Source: Methanobacteriota archaeon (GTDB taxonomy: Archaea > Thermoplasmatota > Thermoplasmata > SG8-5 > JAGLSY01). Taken from it: a DNA stretch of 64,000 nt. The stretch is from positions 320,001 through 384,000 of the forward strand of contig JAEHCO010000001.1 of NCBI GenBank assembly GCA_020697715.1, read 5' to 3'. Positions 49,578 to 60,055 of the stretch are shown here, in pieces (the stretch's first letter is position 1; each line of letters opens with the position of its first letter). Made by a program: the position numbers and the translations under genes. The notes below the pieces were generated by a model. The model saw only the letters and a program-made list of their open reading frames with translations. It made no database searches and was not told the DNA's origin.

Positions 49578-50569
49578 CATCCGATACAGCACCATTTGAT
49601 TTCGAGATATCTCGCATAGTGGCCACCGTGAAAAAAGCTGGCCACACCTCCATAATCCTGCAATTCCCGGAGGGTTTGAAAAGAAATGCCATCGATGTTG
49701 CAGGTGACATCGATGCACAACTGAAAGACGTGCACGTCCAGATATCTGGAGAACCATGCTTCGGCGCTTGCGATCTTCCATCCAATCCAGACGGCCTGAT
49801 CGTCAATTTCGGTCATTATCCCATTCCCAACCTGGCACATGATGGTGAAGTTCTATTCATCCCGGCCAGGTCCAATAAAGACCCTATCCCGATCGTCAGG
49901 AAAGTCCTTCCTGAATTGAAAGGAAGGGTCGGAGTGGTGTCCACCCCCCAGTACATTCATCGTGTACCGGATATCGTGGATCTTCTATCCGATAATGACA
50001 TCACACCCTTTGTCAGCAAGGGGGATGATCGCATTTTCAAGGAGGGCCAGGTACTTGGCTGCAATACCTCGGCCGCGAGAGCGATAGCCAAAGATATTGA
50101 CATCATCCTCTTCATAGGAGCGGGTGATTTCCACCCACTGGCACTCGCCCTGGGAACCAACAAGGATATTGTCATCGCGGATCCAGATATGGACGAGATA
50201 CGCGGAATACGCGATCTAAAAGACCGCGTACTCCGACAAAGACACGCGGTCATATCACAGGCAAAGGATGCGGAGGTGTTTGGCGTGATACTTTCGACCA
50301 AGCCAGGTCAGCGACGTGAAGACCTTGCCAGGGATATTGTCAAAGATCTGAGAAAGGCAGGGAAAAAGGCCTATATTGTGGAGATGGAGAATACCTCTCC
50401 ACAAATATTGGACTCATTCAGCGCGACAGCCTGGGTGTCCACCGCTTGCCCCAGATTGGCGATCGACGATCATCTCGCATATAATAAGCCGATAATAACC
50501 CCGCCAGAGCTGGATATCATCCTGGGAAAGCGCGAGTGGGAAGATTATATTTTTGATGAAATTGTTTGA
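49574..50569 (+). CDS. dph2: diphthamide biosynthesis 2-(3-amino-3-carboxypropyl)histidine synthase
   Basis: LQFPEGLK, CFGACD, GQVLGC, TACPR; start uncertain (CTG at 49574 proposed). Confidence 0.92.
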   Translation: MTSDTAPFDFEISRIVATVKKAGHTSIILQFPEGLKRNAIDVAGDIDAQLKDVHVQISGEPCFGACDLPSNPDGLIVNFGHYPIPNLAHDGEVLFIPARSNKDPIPIVRKVLPELKGRVGVVSTPQYIHRVPDIVDLLSDNDITPFVSKGDDRIFKEGQVLGCNTSAARAIAKDIDIILFIGAGDFHPLALALGTNKDIVIADPDMDEIRGIRDLKDRVLRQRHAVISQAKDAEVFGVILSTKPGQRREDLARDIVKDLRKAGKKAYIVEMENTSPQILDSFSATAWVSTACPRLAIDDHLAYNKPIITPPELDIILGKREWEDYIFDEIV

Positions 50570-50692
50570 TATTCAGGTTCAAATAGATCCTTAGCAATTC
50601 ATCCCTCTGTTCTTTATTATAATAATAAGCAAATATTATATACGCGTATTTCCATTACTGGTTGAATTCAATTTCATAGGGATGGGAATAAA

Positions 50693-51787
50693 ATGAAGTC
50701 GATAATAGATGAAGCATTAGCCAGGCATGAGACAGATCAGGGTAAACCAGGTATAGAGGGCTCTCCGGATGACGCCGAGCTCCGCGCACTCGTTGAGACG
50801 CTTAAAATAAGTGTCAAGATCGTGGGCTGTGGCGGCGGCGGAAGCAATACCGTCAACCGTCTAACGGACACAGGTGTCACAGGAGCCGAAATGGCCGCCA
50901 TAAACACCGATGCCACACACCTTCTACATATGCATGTTCCAAAGAAGATACTTATTGGAAGAAGAGCCACCAAAGGTCTTGGAGCTGGCGCATTGCCAGA
51001 GGTCGGAGAGACCGCGGCACGTGAGAATGAAGAAGATATCAAAGGATTCCTGGACGATGCCCATGTGGTATTCGTCACAGCGGGAATGGGTGGCGGAACT
51101 GGAACTGGCTCCGCACCAGTCGTAGCTCAAATGGCCAAGGAGCAGAGCAATGCGATGGTCATGGGTATAGTCACCATGCCTTTCAAGGCAGAGGGACACA
51201 TGAGATATGACAATGCTCTCAAAGGCTTGAACAAGCTGAGACAGCACTGTGATACCACCATCGTTATCCAGAACAATAAGCTTCTGGAATTGGTGCCAAG
51301 ATTACCACTGGATGCAGCTTTCAAAGTAGCTGATGAAATATTGATGAACTCCATTAAAGGGATAACCGAGACCGTGACCAAACCAGGTCTCGTTAACTTG
51401 GACTTCAGTGACCTTATGACCGTTATGACAAATGGCGGTGTCGCGATGATAGGAATTGGATCATCTGATGATGACCGCGAGCGCGTGGACATGGCTGTGA
51501 ACGAAGCACTGACATCACCACTTCTCGGTGATGTAGATCTCTCCAATGCCAAGGGTGCGCTGGTCAGGGTCGTCGGTGGTCATGATATGACACTGGCCGA
51601 GGCCGAGCGCGCGGTTGAACTGGTTGGAGAAAAGATCAGTCCAAATGCCAGGATCATCTGGGGTTGCTCCGTGGACCCGACTATCAGTAAGGAAGTTCAG
51701 ATCTTGCTGGTAATAACCGGTGTTTCCGCACCTTCTCTGGTCGAAGGAACAAGTCGCCCGGATTCCACAATGGATATGGTTCAGTAA
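50693..51787 (+). CDS. ftsZ: cell division protein FtsZ (FtsZ1-like paralog)
   Basis: [26 protein letters not shown]. Confidence 0.96.
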   Translation: MKSIIDEALARHETDQGKPGIEGSPDDAELRALVETLKISVKIVGCGGGGSNTVNRLTDTGVTGAEMAAINTDATHLLHMHVPKKILIGRRATKGLGAGALPEVGETAARENEEDIKGFLDDAHVVFVTAGMGGGTGTGSAPVVAQMAKEQSNAMVMGIVTMPFKAEGHMRYDNALKGLNKLRQHCDTTIVIQNNKLLELVPRLPLDAAFKVADEILMNSIKGITETVTKPGLVNLDFSDLMTVMTNGGVAMIGIGSSDDDRERVDMAVNEALTSPLLGDVDLSNAKGALVRVVGGHDMTLAEAERAVELVGEKISPNARIIWGCSVDPTISKEVQILLVITGVSAPSLVEGTSRPDSTMDMVQ

Positions 51788-51808
51788 GCCGTTGATGGTG
51801 GAACCAAT

Positions 51809-52135
51809 ATGCCTATCAGGGAATTCAGAAAAAGATATGTCGCATTCAGAATAATTGCACCCAGGAATATCCAGAGATGGGAATTGATCGGGGCTTTACA
51901 GAACAGAGCGGAACAGATGGGCATGGCCGGAGAAGGCCTTGCCCGCCCCTGGTTGACCACTTATAAGGAAAATCGAGGTGTCCTGAGATGCGCGCACACT
52001 AACAAGGATAATGCGATAGAACTTCTGACATCCATCACCGAGGTTGGTGATGACAACCTGCAGGTGACGATCGAGACCGTTGTGACATCTGGCACGATAA
52101 AACAGGCCAAGGCAAAAGGCTCTGTTGAAGATTGA
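51809..52135 (+). CDS. rnp2: RNase P protein component 2 (Pop5/Rpp14)
   Basis: RKRYVAF...GVLRC...TSGTIK. Confidence 0.82.
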   Translation: MPIREFRKRYVAFRIIAPRNIQRWELIGALQNRAEQMGMAGEGLARPWLTTYKENRGVLRCAHTNKDNAIELLTSITEVGDDNLQVTIETVVTSGTIKQAKAKGSVED

Positions 52136-52165
52136 TCATACGATCAGCTGAACAATGACTTTAAT

Positions 52166-52187
52166 GGGGATCTGGCAACAGATCCCC
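52166..52187 (+). terminator. hairpin after ftsZ-rnp2
   Basis: ggggatctg-GCAA-cagatcccc perfect 9-bp stem, T-rich tail. Confidence 0.65.
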
Positions 52188-52248
52188 CAATTTCCATTCA
52201 TATATTTTATCAATAACATATTACATATCTTCTTGAGGGAGAATCAAC

Positions 52249-53163
52249 ATGACCATCATATCCAGACCTTACAGATATCCAGAAGATTTTGAGAGAATTG
52301 GAAAATTCCTAATTGATAATTATCAGCCAATGAACAGGGATGGCAATTGGTTCCAACCTCAATGGGAATATATGCATTTCCACCCCCTCATGGATAGTTC
52401 CACCTTTGATAAGTTCAGAATATGGGAGGACTCTGGTGAAATAGTGGGTGTGGTCCATTTGGAATGGTTTCCAGGAGCAGCATTCTTTCAGACCCACCCA
52501 GATCATCACGATTTAAGATCCGATATGCTGGAATATGCAGAAACCAACCTCATCAAAAGACTGGATGATGGCCAAGGATGCATCAAGGCATATATCAGGG
52601 ATTTTGACAAGGAGTTCGAATCCATAGCATTTGAAAAAGGCTATAGAAAAAATGAAAATAAAGAGGATAACTGGCCTCTTTCTTATTTCAAGATTCCAGA
52701 TCCATTTCCGAGTATCGATCTACCCGACGGCTATAAATTAAAGAGCCTTGAGGATGAAAATGATCTGCACAAGATCAACAGTGTGTTATGGCGTGGTTTT
52801 GACCATTCAGGAGAGCCGCCAGAGGAAGAAATAGAGGGTAGGATCAAGATGCAATCCGGTCCCCACTTTAGGAAGGACCTGACCATCATTGCTCAAGCTC
52901 CGGATGGGAACTACGCATCTTTCTCCGGAACATGGTATGACAGCGCGAACAAGATAGCACTTGTCGAACCTGTTGCCACAGATCCCGATCACCGGTTAAT
53001 GGGACTTGGAAGAGCGGTGGTCATGGAAGGGATACGTCGCTGCGGTATCCTGGGTGCGGAGATCGCGTATGTCGGCTCGTATCAAACATTTTACGAGCGC
53101 ATTGGATTCAAAAGACTTCCCCCGAGCAATTCATGGGTGAAGTTCATTGATAAGGTGGATTAG
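52249..53163 (+). CDS. GNAT family N-acetyltransferase (tandem GNAT)
   Basis: EPVATDPDHRLMGLGRA acetyl-CoA motif; FYERIGF. Confidence 0.88.
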   Translation: MTIISRPYRYPEDFERIGKFLIDNYQPMNRDGNWFQPQWEYMHFHPLMDSSTFDKFRIWEDSGEIVGVVHLEWFPGAAFFQTHPDHHDLRSDMLEYAETNLIKRLDDGQGCIKAYIRDFDKEFESIAFEKGYRKNENKEDNWPLSYFKIPDPFPSIDLPDGYKLKSLEDENDLHKINSVLWRGFDHSGEPPEEEIEGRIKMQSGPHFRKDLTIIAQAPDGNYASFSGTWYDSANKIALVEPVATDPDHRLMGLGRAVVMEGIRRCGILGAEIAYVGSYQTFYERIGFKRLPPSNSWVKFIDKVD

Positions 53164-53196
53164 TTATTAAACAATATAAGCAGAAGGGTAAAGGGG

Positions 53197-53224
53197 AAAA
53201 CCCCGCATTTTTCAGCGGGGTTTT
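53197..53224. terminator. bidirectional-type terminator hairpin between convergent GNAT and thermosome genes
   Basis: aaaaccccgc...gcggggtttt inverted repeat with A/T tracts on both sides. Confidence 0.65.
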
Positions 53225-53258
53225 ATTCTGTTTTTCAGGTTGTGCTGGTTGAACGAAC

Positions 53259-54908
53259 TTAGAAGTCCATTCCGCCCATGCCGCCCATTCCTGGAGGCAT
53301 GCCGCCTGCTCCACCTGGTGGGCCGCCAGCCATCTTCTTGCCAGCTATGACGTCATCTATCCTGAGGATCATATTCGCCACTTCGGTAGCTGATTCGATA
53401 GCCTGGGTCTTGACCCTGAGGGGCTCGATGATATTGAGCTTCTTCATGTCAACGACCTTTCCAGTGTCCACATTGATGCCAGCTGTCTTGACCTTCTTAC
53501 CCTCGTGCTCGCTTCTTAGTTTGATGAGGATGTCGATAGAATCCAGACCTGCGTTCTCTGCCAATGTCCATGGGATGATCTCGGTTGCCTTTGCGAAAGC
53601 CTCTATGGCCAGCTGTTCCCTTCCACCGATCTTGGTGCCGAACTTTGTCAAGCCCATTGATAATTCAATTTCAGCTGATCCGCCGCCTGGTATGACCATT
53701 CCGTCCTCGACTGCGACTGCCACTACTTTCAAAGCATCGTGCAGAGCCCTGTCACTCTCATCTATGACGTGTTCTGTCGCGCCCCTGATGAGCATGGAAA
53801 CGGATTTCGCATCCTTGCAACCAGTGACGAATGTCATGTCACTGTCAGCGACCTTCCTCTCTTCCACCATTCCGGCAGTTCCGAGGTCGGACTTCTTGAT
53901 GTCCTCGAGGTTGGTGACAACGTGACCACCAGTCGCCATAGAGAGCTTCTCCATGTCGGACTTCTTGATCCTGCGTATGGTGAAGATATTCTCCTTGGCC
54001 AAGTAGTGCTGGACCAGATCGTCCACGCCCTTCTGGCAGAAGACGACATTCGCGCCTGATTTCTTGATGAGGTCCACTTTCTTCTTCAGTGTCTTCTCTT
54101 CCTCATCCAGGAAAGCCTGCAATTGTGTCGGGTCTGTGATCTGGATCTTTGCATCCACTTCGGTCTTCTTGATCTCGAGAGCGGAATCGATGAGTGCGAT
54201 CTTCGCGTTCTTAACAGAGCTTGGCATCCTTGGGTGAACCTTTTCCTTGTCCAGTATGATACCCTCGATGAGCTCTGAATCACTGACATTTCCACCAGTC
54301 TTCTTCTCGATCTTGATATTGTCGATGTCAACAACGTACTTCGATCCTTTCTTCTCCGCGACTGCCTTCACTGCCTTGACTGTGATGTCCGCGAGGTAGC
54401 TCTTCTCGGTTCCAATGCTCTTTCCGGTCATCGCGGTCATGGCCACACTCTTCAGGGCCTTCCCATCTGTTGGGCTGACCTTCACACCAAGCTTGTTCAG
54501 GATACCGATGGCCTCGATGGAAGCCAGTCTGTATCCGTTCGCTATGACAGTAGGGTGCACATTGTGTTCGATAAGATCTTCAGCTTTCTTCAGTAATTCG
54601 CCAGCCAGTACGACTGCGGATGTTGTTCCATCCCCACACTCATTATCCTGGGTCTTGGCAACCTCGACGACCATCTTGGCCGCAGGGTGTTCGATGTCGA
54701 TCTCCTTCAGGATGGTGGCCCCGTCATTCGTGATGACGACGTCTCCCATTCCATCGACCAGCATCTTGTCCATTCCTTTTGGACCCAAGGTCGAGCGCAC
54801 TGCCTCAGCCACAGCTTTTGCTGCAGCTATATTGTTGAGCTGGGCACCTCTGCCTTTCATGTCCTTCGCTCCTTCTCTTAATACGATAATTGGTTGTTGT
54901 CCTTGCAT
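53259..54908 (-). CDS. ths: thermosome (group II chaperonin) subunit
   Basis: [25 protein letters not shown]-terminal GGM repeats. Confidence 0.97.
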   Translation of the reverse strand: MQGQQPIIVLREGAKDMKGRGAQLNNIAAAKAVAEAVRSTLGPKGMDKMLVDGMGDVVITNDGATILKEIDIEHPAAKMVVEVAKTQDNECGDGTTSAVVLAGELLKKAEDLIEHNVHPTVIANGYRLASIEAIGILNKLGVKVSPTDGKALKSVAMTAMTGKSIGTEKSYLADITVKAVKAVAEKKGSKYVVDIDNIKIEKKTGGNVSDSELIEGIILDKEKVHPRMPSSVKNAKIALIDSALEIKKTEVDAKIQITDPTQLQAFLDEEEKTLKKKVDLIKKSGANVVFCQKGVDDLVQHYLAKENIFTIRRIKKSDMEKLSMATGGHVVTNLEDIKKSDLGTAGMVEERKVADSDMTFVTGCKDAKSVSMLIRGATEHVIDESDRALHDALKVVAVAVEDGMVIPGGGSAEIELSMGLTKFGTKIGGREQLAIEAFAKATEIIPWTLAENAGLDSIDILIKLRSEHEGKKVKTAGINVDTGKVVDMKKLNIIEPLRVKTQAIESATEVANMILRIDDVIAGKKMAGGPPGGAGGMPPGMGGMGGMDF

Positions 54909-55046
54909 GTTTTCATCTCCTTAATATATAAATTCGGACTCCCCCAAGAGTTTGAACTTCTATAAAAGCTTTATTGCTAAGTCAACTACTATTTGGAATG
55001 CAAAATTATATGACTTCCATCCCATTCCTATTGATGAGGCAGTATC

Positions 55047-56345
55047 ATTTATATCGGGGTAGACGACACGGATTCCACAAGCGGGATGTGCACCACGTAC
55101 CTGGCCACTGAGCTGATCAGGGAGTTCAGTGAATACGATATCATTGGTAATCCTCGACTTGTTAGATTGAACCCGAATGTTCCGTGGAAGACCAGGGGCA
55201 ATGGCGCGGTTTCTATATTATTTGGCAAGGGCCAGGGCGAGAAGAAGATCATCGGCAATATCGATGGCGAGGATATCTGGGGCTATTATTACGGCGCCTC
55301 CACTCCTTCGACCGAAGCTGATTTCGAAAGGGCATGCGCGGTGGTGAAGGATCTATCCATGTTCGAGGATGAGAAGACCAATCCTGGAATCGTCATGTAC
55401 GATACCAAACCCTCGGAAAGGATATACTGGCAAGCGGTGCGCGACATCGTGACACAAGAGGGCTTGTGGATAATCACCGAGCCTAAGTTCAAACGCGGGT
55501 ACAAGAACGGTCGCGGGCTCATAGGTGCGACCGCGGCAACTGCGTGGAAGCCCAGGGATCGGACATACGAGCTAATTGCTTATCGTGAGAAGGAAAAATG
55601 GGGAACGGAGAGGAAGATAGACGAGGCCAGTGTTATCGCCATGGATAAGAAATTCTATTCCACTTTCAATAATTACGATTATGAAGAAAAGCACATGATC
55701 ATCGCCCCCAGCTCCCCATGCCCGGTGCTTTTCGGGATACGAGGTGATAGTGAATCAATTCTTCCAAAGGCCATGGACCTTCTCGAGACCGAGAAGGTAG
55801 ACCGTTGGCTCTTGTATCTGAGCAATCAGGGCACGGACGATCACATAGTTCCCAAATCTCTAGGGGCTCTAGAGCCATATTCTTCTGTCATGACCACTGG
55901 TATGGTGTCAAAAAATCCGGCTATGATAGCGGGTGGGCATCTGGTATTTGGAATATCCTCAAGAGGAAAGGAGGTGGATTGCACCATATACGAGCCAGCC
56001 AAGAAATTCCGGGACATCGGGATGAAGTTAAGGGTGGGCGATGTTCTGACGATTCTCGGCGGTGTGAGGGAAAGGCCCTTCACCATCAATGTGGAGAAGA
56101 TCCATGTTGATTCTCTGTCACCTCACAGGATCAAGACCTCGAATCCCATTTGCCAGGACTGCTCCAAGGCCATGAAGTCCATAGGGCGCGGTCAAGGATA
56201 CAAATGTGCCAAATGCGGGAAGAAGGCCAAAGAGCAGGATGCGAAGTTCGAAGATGAGATCAGAGACCTCGAGGAGAAATGGTACGAGCCCACGACCAGC
56301 GCATTGCGGCATCTGGCCATGCCATTGAAGAGGATGCAGACGTAA
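55047..56345 (+). CDS. tiaS: tRNA(Ile2) 2-agmatinylcytidine synthetase
   Basis: YIGVDDTDS..GMCTTY, LVRLNPNVPWKTRGN, NQGTDDH, OB fold, Zn ribbon; conserved N-terminus lies upstream of the first in-frame ATG. Confidence 0.93.
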   Translation: MYIGVDDTDSTSGMCTTYLATELIREFSEYDIIGNPRLVRLNPNVPWKTRGNGAVSILFGKGQGEKKIIGNIDGEDIWGYYYGASTPSTEADFERACAVVKDLSMFEDEKTNPGIVMYDTKPSERIYWQAVRDIVTQEGLWIITEPKFKRGYKNGRGLIGATAATAWKPRDRTYELIAYREKEKWGTERKIDEASVIAMDKKFYSTFNNYDYEEKHMIIAPSSPCPVLFGIRGDSESILPKAMDLLETEKVDRWLLYLSNQGTDDHIVPKSLGALEPYSSVMTTGMVSKNPAMIAGGHLVFGISSRGKEVDCTIYEPAKKFRDIGMKLRVGDVLTILGGVRERPFTINVEKIHVDSLSPHRIKTSNPICQDCSKAMKSIGRGQGYKCAKCGKKAKEQDAKFEDEIRDLEEKWYEPTTSALRHLAMPLKRMQT

Positions 56346-56429
56346 TCCTCTTTACAAGGATCCGAACAATGAGCAGTCTCGAATCAAATCACACCTCGAG
56401 ATCATCCATATATCAGTATCCCATCTAAA

Positions 56430-56445
56430 CGAAACCTTTTATATA
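56430..56445 (+). promoter_or_regulatory. BRE/TATA promoter of the ftsZ-secE-spt5-rpl11 cluster
   Basis: CGAAA-cc-TTTTATATA matches archaeal BRE plus TATA. Confidence 0.6.
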
Positions 56446-56547
56446 ACTATAAGTTAAGGGTGAAATATTGGTAGGCATTACCGATGTTTTAATATATTCA
56501 TTAATCGATGTCTACTTAGTCAAGAAATCAATACGGTAGGTGTACAT

Positions 56548-57660
56548 ATGAGCTCTATTGTAAAAGAAGTATTATCCCGGTCCGCATCAGAGACCACGCC
56601 GCAAGAGTCACCGACAGCGAGAGTTGGAGGCCTTAGTGCGCAGGACGAAGAATTAGAGAGGATACTGGCAGGTTTGAAGACCAATATCAAGATATTTGGT
56701 TGCGGTGGCGGAGGCAGTAATACTGTCGACAGGCTAGTGGACTCTGGAATAATGGGTGCGGAGCTATATGCATTGAATACGGATGCCCAGCATCTCCTGA
56801 CAGTACATGTTCCACACAAGATCCTGCTCGGCAGAAGGGCTACAAGAGGACTCGGCGCTGGAGCTCTCCCACAGGTTGGAGAAGAGGCCGCAAGGGAAGC
56901 TGAGGAAGAGATCAAAGCATCACTGGCCGGCGCAGATATCGTATTTGTCACATGTGGCCTTGGTGGCGGTACTGGAACAGGTTCCGCACCAGTCGTCGCT
57001 CAGATGGCGAAAGAGATGGGAGCACTTGCCATTGCTATTTGTACATCCCCTTTCAAAGCAGAGGGAAATATCAGACAAGAGAATGCGAATTATGGTTTGG
57101 AAAGACTGAGGGACGTGGCAGACACGGTCATAGTCATACCGAACGACAAGCTACTGGATCTTGTTCCACGCTTGTCAGTTACAGCAGCCTTCAAGGTTGC
57201 GGATGAAGTTCTGATGAGATCCATCAAGGGTATCACGGAAGTTGTTACCAAACCCGGTTTGGTCAATCTGGACTTCAATGATCTCAAGACCATCATGCGC
57301 GGCGGAGGCGTGGCCATGATAGGACTTGGAGAGGCCGAGGACGAGGACAGAGCATCAGAAGCTGTCAATGAAGCTATCAATTCCCCACTTATAGACGTGG
57401 ACATAACAGAAGCTGCTGGCGCCCTGGTAAATGTCACTGGCGGTCCGGATATGTCCATTGCCGAAGCTGAGGAAGTGGCTGAGATCGTTCAGAGCAGGAT
57501 AAGTGGCAATGCCCGGATCATCTGGGGAGCTGCTGTTGATCCAGAACTAGAGGGAAAGATACGCGTGATGGTGGTCATCACTGGTGTGAAATCCAATCAG
57601 ATGTACTCCCGCGAGGAAGGAGCCAAGACCAGTAAGGTAGGTCTGGACCTGATAAACTAA
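56548..57660 (+). CDS. ftsZ: cell division protein FtsZ1
   Basis: GGGTGTG tubulin signature; conserved ftsZ1-secE-spt5-rpl11 context. Confidence 0.97.
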   Translation: MSSIVKEVLSRSASETTPQESPTARVGGLSAQDEELERILAGLKTNIKIFGCGGGGSNTVDRLVDSGIMGAELYALNTDAQHLLTVHVPHKILLGRRATRGLGAGALPQVGEEAAREAEEEIKASLAGADIVFVTCGLGGGTGTGSAPVVAQMAKEMGALAIAICTSPFKAEGNIRQENANYGLERLRDVADTVIVIPNDKLLDLVPRLSVTAAFKVADEVLMRSIKGITEVVTKPGLVNLDFNDLKTIMRGGGVAMIGLGEAEDEDRASEAVNEAINSPLIDVDITEAAGALVNVTGGPDMSIAEAEEVAEIVQSRISGNARIIWGAAVDPELEGKIRVMVVITGVKSNQMYSREEGAKTSKVGLDLIN

Positions 57661-57691
57661 AGAATAACAATAACTCAAAGGAGCTGAACAT

Positions 57692-57928
57692 ATGGATATA
57701 GTCGATGAATCATGGAAAGTTCAAAATAAGATCGAAGATAAGGCCAGGAATCTCGGAAAAGGCAAGTATGGCCGAGTTCTGAAGATGGCCAGAAAACCAG
57801 AGACCGATGAATATGTCAAGATATTGCAAATAACCAGCCTTGGACTCATCCTTATGGGTGGCCTGGGATTTTTGATATACTGGCTCTGGTACAGGCTTCC
57901 AATACATCTTGGATGGGCCCTGTTCTGA
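57692..57928 (+). CDS. secE: protein translocase subunit SecE/Sec61-gamma
   Basis: RVLKMARKP..EY...G..GFLIY. Confidence 0.92.
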   Translation: MDIVDESWKVQNKIEDKARNLGKGKYGRVLKMARKPETDEYVKILQITSLGLILMGGLGFLIYWLWYRLPIHLGWALF

Positions 57929-57952
57929 TATATTTAGATTTAAGGTGATATT

Positions 57953-58864
57953 ATGTCATTATTAGATGGTATTGAAAAAGATGATGAGGAAAACGATGAT
58001 AAGGCTGTGGCATCCCACACGCCATTTGTTCAGAGAACGATATCATTGTTCACTCTCGGTGAGGATAGGAGGACGATCACTACAGGGATCGAGAGTAATT
58101 ACCGCTTCCTATTGAAGAATGAAGGTTCCAGCAAAGACACAGTGGAGATATCCGCTGACCTTATAGCTGCAACCAGCCTTGGAGAAGATGCTGCAGAATG
58201 GCATGTGTCTTTAAGGCAAAAGGGCGGCAAGCCCTGGGAAGTTATCAAGGGCAGCCTGAAAGGCAAGGAAATAAAATTGCCTGGTGGCGAATCCCTGGAG
58301 CTTGTATTGGCAGTATCATCACCAAGGGGAGCCAGATACGGTGACACGATGAATGTCGTGGTCACAGCTACCTCTCTCACCAATAGAGCGATATCAGATT
58401 CAATAACCTTCAGAACGACAGCCCAGCAATCCGTTCTGGCGATAAAGACCCAAATAGGCCATGAAAGAACTGTGGCCGATACTCTGTCTGCCAGAAGCAA
58501 GGACCTTGGCGTTCAATCCATTTTATGCCCCAATGCTTTGAGAGGGTATATCATCGTGGAGGCCATGAACACCGACCGTCTGGCCGAGACCGTGCGCGGG
58601 ATCAAAAGAGCCAGGGGTGTTGTTGAAGGTGAGATGACCTTTGATGAGATAACACATTACCTGACACCAAAGCCATTGGTGTCCGGAATTGTCGAAGGAG
58701 ATATAGTGGAGCTTATTGCTGGCCCATTCAAGGGTGAGAAGGCGAGGGTTCAGCTGATAGACGAGGGCAAGGAAGAAATAACAGTGGAGCTTTTCGAGGC
58801 TCTCGTGCCCATCCCAGTGACTGTCAAGGGTGACAGTGTACGGGTGATAGAAAAGGATAGATAA
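57953..58864 (+). CDS. spt5: transcription elongation factor Spt5 (NusG) with ~155-aa N-terminal extension
   Basis: NGN domain (GHE...GYIIVEA) and KOW domain (GDIVELIAGPFKGE). Confidence 0.93.
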   Translation: MSLLDGIEKDDEENDDKAVASHTPFVQRTISLFTLGEDRRTITTGIESNYRFLLKNEGSSKDTVEISADLIAATSLGEDAAEWHVSLRQKGGKPWEVIKGSLKGKEIKLPGGESLELVLAVSSPRGARYGDTMNVVVTATSLTNRAISDSITFRTTAQQSVLAIKTQIGHERTVADTLSARSKDLGVQSILCPNALRGYIIVEAMNTDRLAETVRGIKRARGVVEGEMTFDEITHYLTPKPLVSGIVEGDIVELIAGPFKGEKARVQLIDEGKEEITVELFEALVPIPVTVKGDSVRVIEKDR

Positions 58865-58886
58865 TTACAATTCAGGAGTTGAATAA

Positions 58887-59363
58887 ATGGCAGAAAAAAT
58901 AGAAGTACTTGTGGACGGCGGAAAGGCCACACCAGGACCGCCATTGGGACCCGCTTTGGGCCCAATGGGAGTAAATGTTGTGGAGATCGTCGGCGCTATA
59001 AATGAAAAGACAAAGGCCTTCGTGGGAATGAAGGTGCCAGTCAAGCTAACGATCGACCCAAAGACCAAGGCTTACGAGATATCTGTGGGAACACCACCGA
59101 CCAGTGCTTTAGTTCTAAAAGAACTTAAGCTGGATAGCGGATCCGGCAATGCCCCGAATGTCAAGGTTGGAAGCCTGACCATCGACCAGATAAAGAGAGT
59201 TGGTGAGATGAAGCAGGATTCCTTGCTTGGCACTACTCTGAAAGAGAGGGTGATGGAAGTCGCTGGGACATGCGTGTCCATGGGTGTGGAAGTTGAAGGA
59301 CTTGATGCAAAACAATTCCAGGACCAGATGAGACGTGGCAAGTTCGATAAGCATTTCGAGTAG
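58887..59363 (+). CDS. rpl11: 50S ribosomal protein uL11
   Basis: GGKATPGPPLGPALGP, GTCVSMG. Confidence 0.97.
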   Translation: MAEKIEVLVDGGKATPGPPLGPALGPMGVNVVEIVGAINEKTKAFVGMKVPVKLTIDPKTKAYEISVGTPPTSALVLKELKLDSGSGNAPNVKVGSLTIDQIKRVGEMKQDSLLGTTLKERVMEVAGTCVSMGVEVEGLDAKQFQDQMRRGKFDKHFE

Positions 59364-59372
59364 TCAATAAAT

Positions 59373-59398
59373 AATGCCCCGAACTATCAAGGGGCATT
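59373..59398 (+). terminator. hairpin after rpl11
   Basis: aatgcccc...ggggcatt followed by T-rich sequence. Confidence 0.6.
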
Positions 59399-59503
59399 CC
59401 TTTCATATTTTCTAGTATAATTCATTTGTATGATCTTGAATTAATTGTATGATGATCTCACATCTTCAGACAAGTTTTATAAGATAAGGGAGCAATCCTA
59501 CTC

Positions 59504-60013
59504 ATGGAGAAGGGTATGAGCGAAGAGGAAAGCGCAGGGAAGATTATAGGAAGTGGGAAGAAAACTATAGTTTATGTCATCATAATTATAGCAATAATTT
59601 CTGGTTTATATTTGCTTTATTTAACTACACCATCTCCTTCAATTGCTAATCCTGATCCATATTTTTCAATAATTTCTGTTAATAATACTACAACATTTGA
59701 ATTAGTATCAATTGATTATAAATATCCAATTGAATGTTTTAATATTACAAATATGACAGTCTCTATTTCTTCAACTCTTTCAATTGATGATAACTTATCT
59801 AATGGTGATTATTTTTTTAAAGGAAAACTAATCGAATTACATAATAATGTGAGTAGGCCAGTAGTTTTTTATGATAATGACAATGATTTTATTTTGAGTG
59901 AAGGAGATACATTTATTTCAGATTCGACCAATTTCCCTGAAGAGAATATAAAAAATCATGAATTTATTCTATGGATTAACTATAACAATTCTGAAATAAG
60001 GTTGAATATGTGA
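59504..60013 (+). CDS. AT-rich membrane-anchored extracellular protein
   Basis: Basic residues plus TM helix, NxS/T sequons, DNDND..LSEGD loop. Confidence 0.65.
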   Translation: MEKGMSEEESAGKIIGSGKKTIVYVIIIIAIISGLYLLYLTTPSPSIANPDPYFSIISVNNTTTFELVSIDYKYPIECFNITNMTVSISSTLSIDDNLSNGDYFFKGKLIELHNNVSRPVVFYDNDNDFILSEGDTFISDSTNFPEENIKNHEFILWINYNNSEIRLNM

Positions 60014-60055
60014 TAGATAGCACAGATGAATTATCAAGCTATTATGTAATCTAAT

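Noticed and set aside
54933-54956. CIRCE element
   Set aside because: Spacer is 6 nt rather than 9 and the arms deviate from TTAGCACTC
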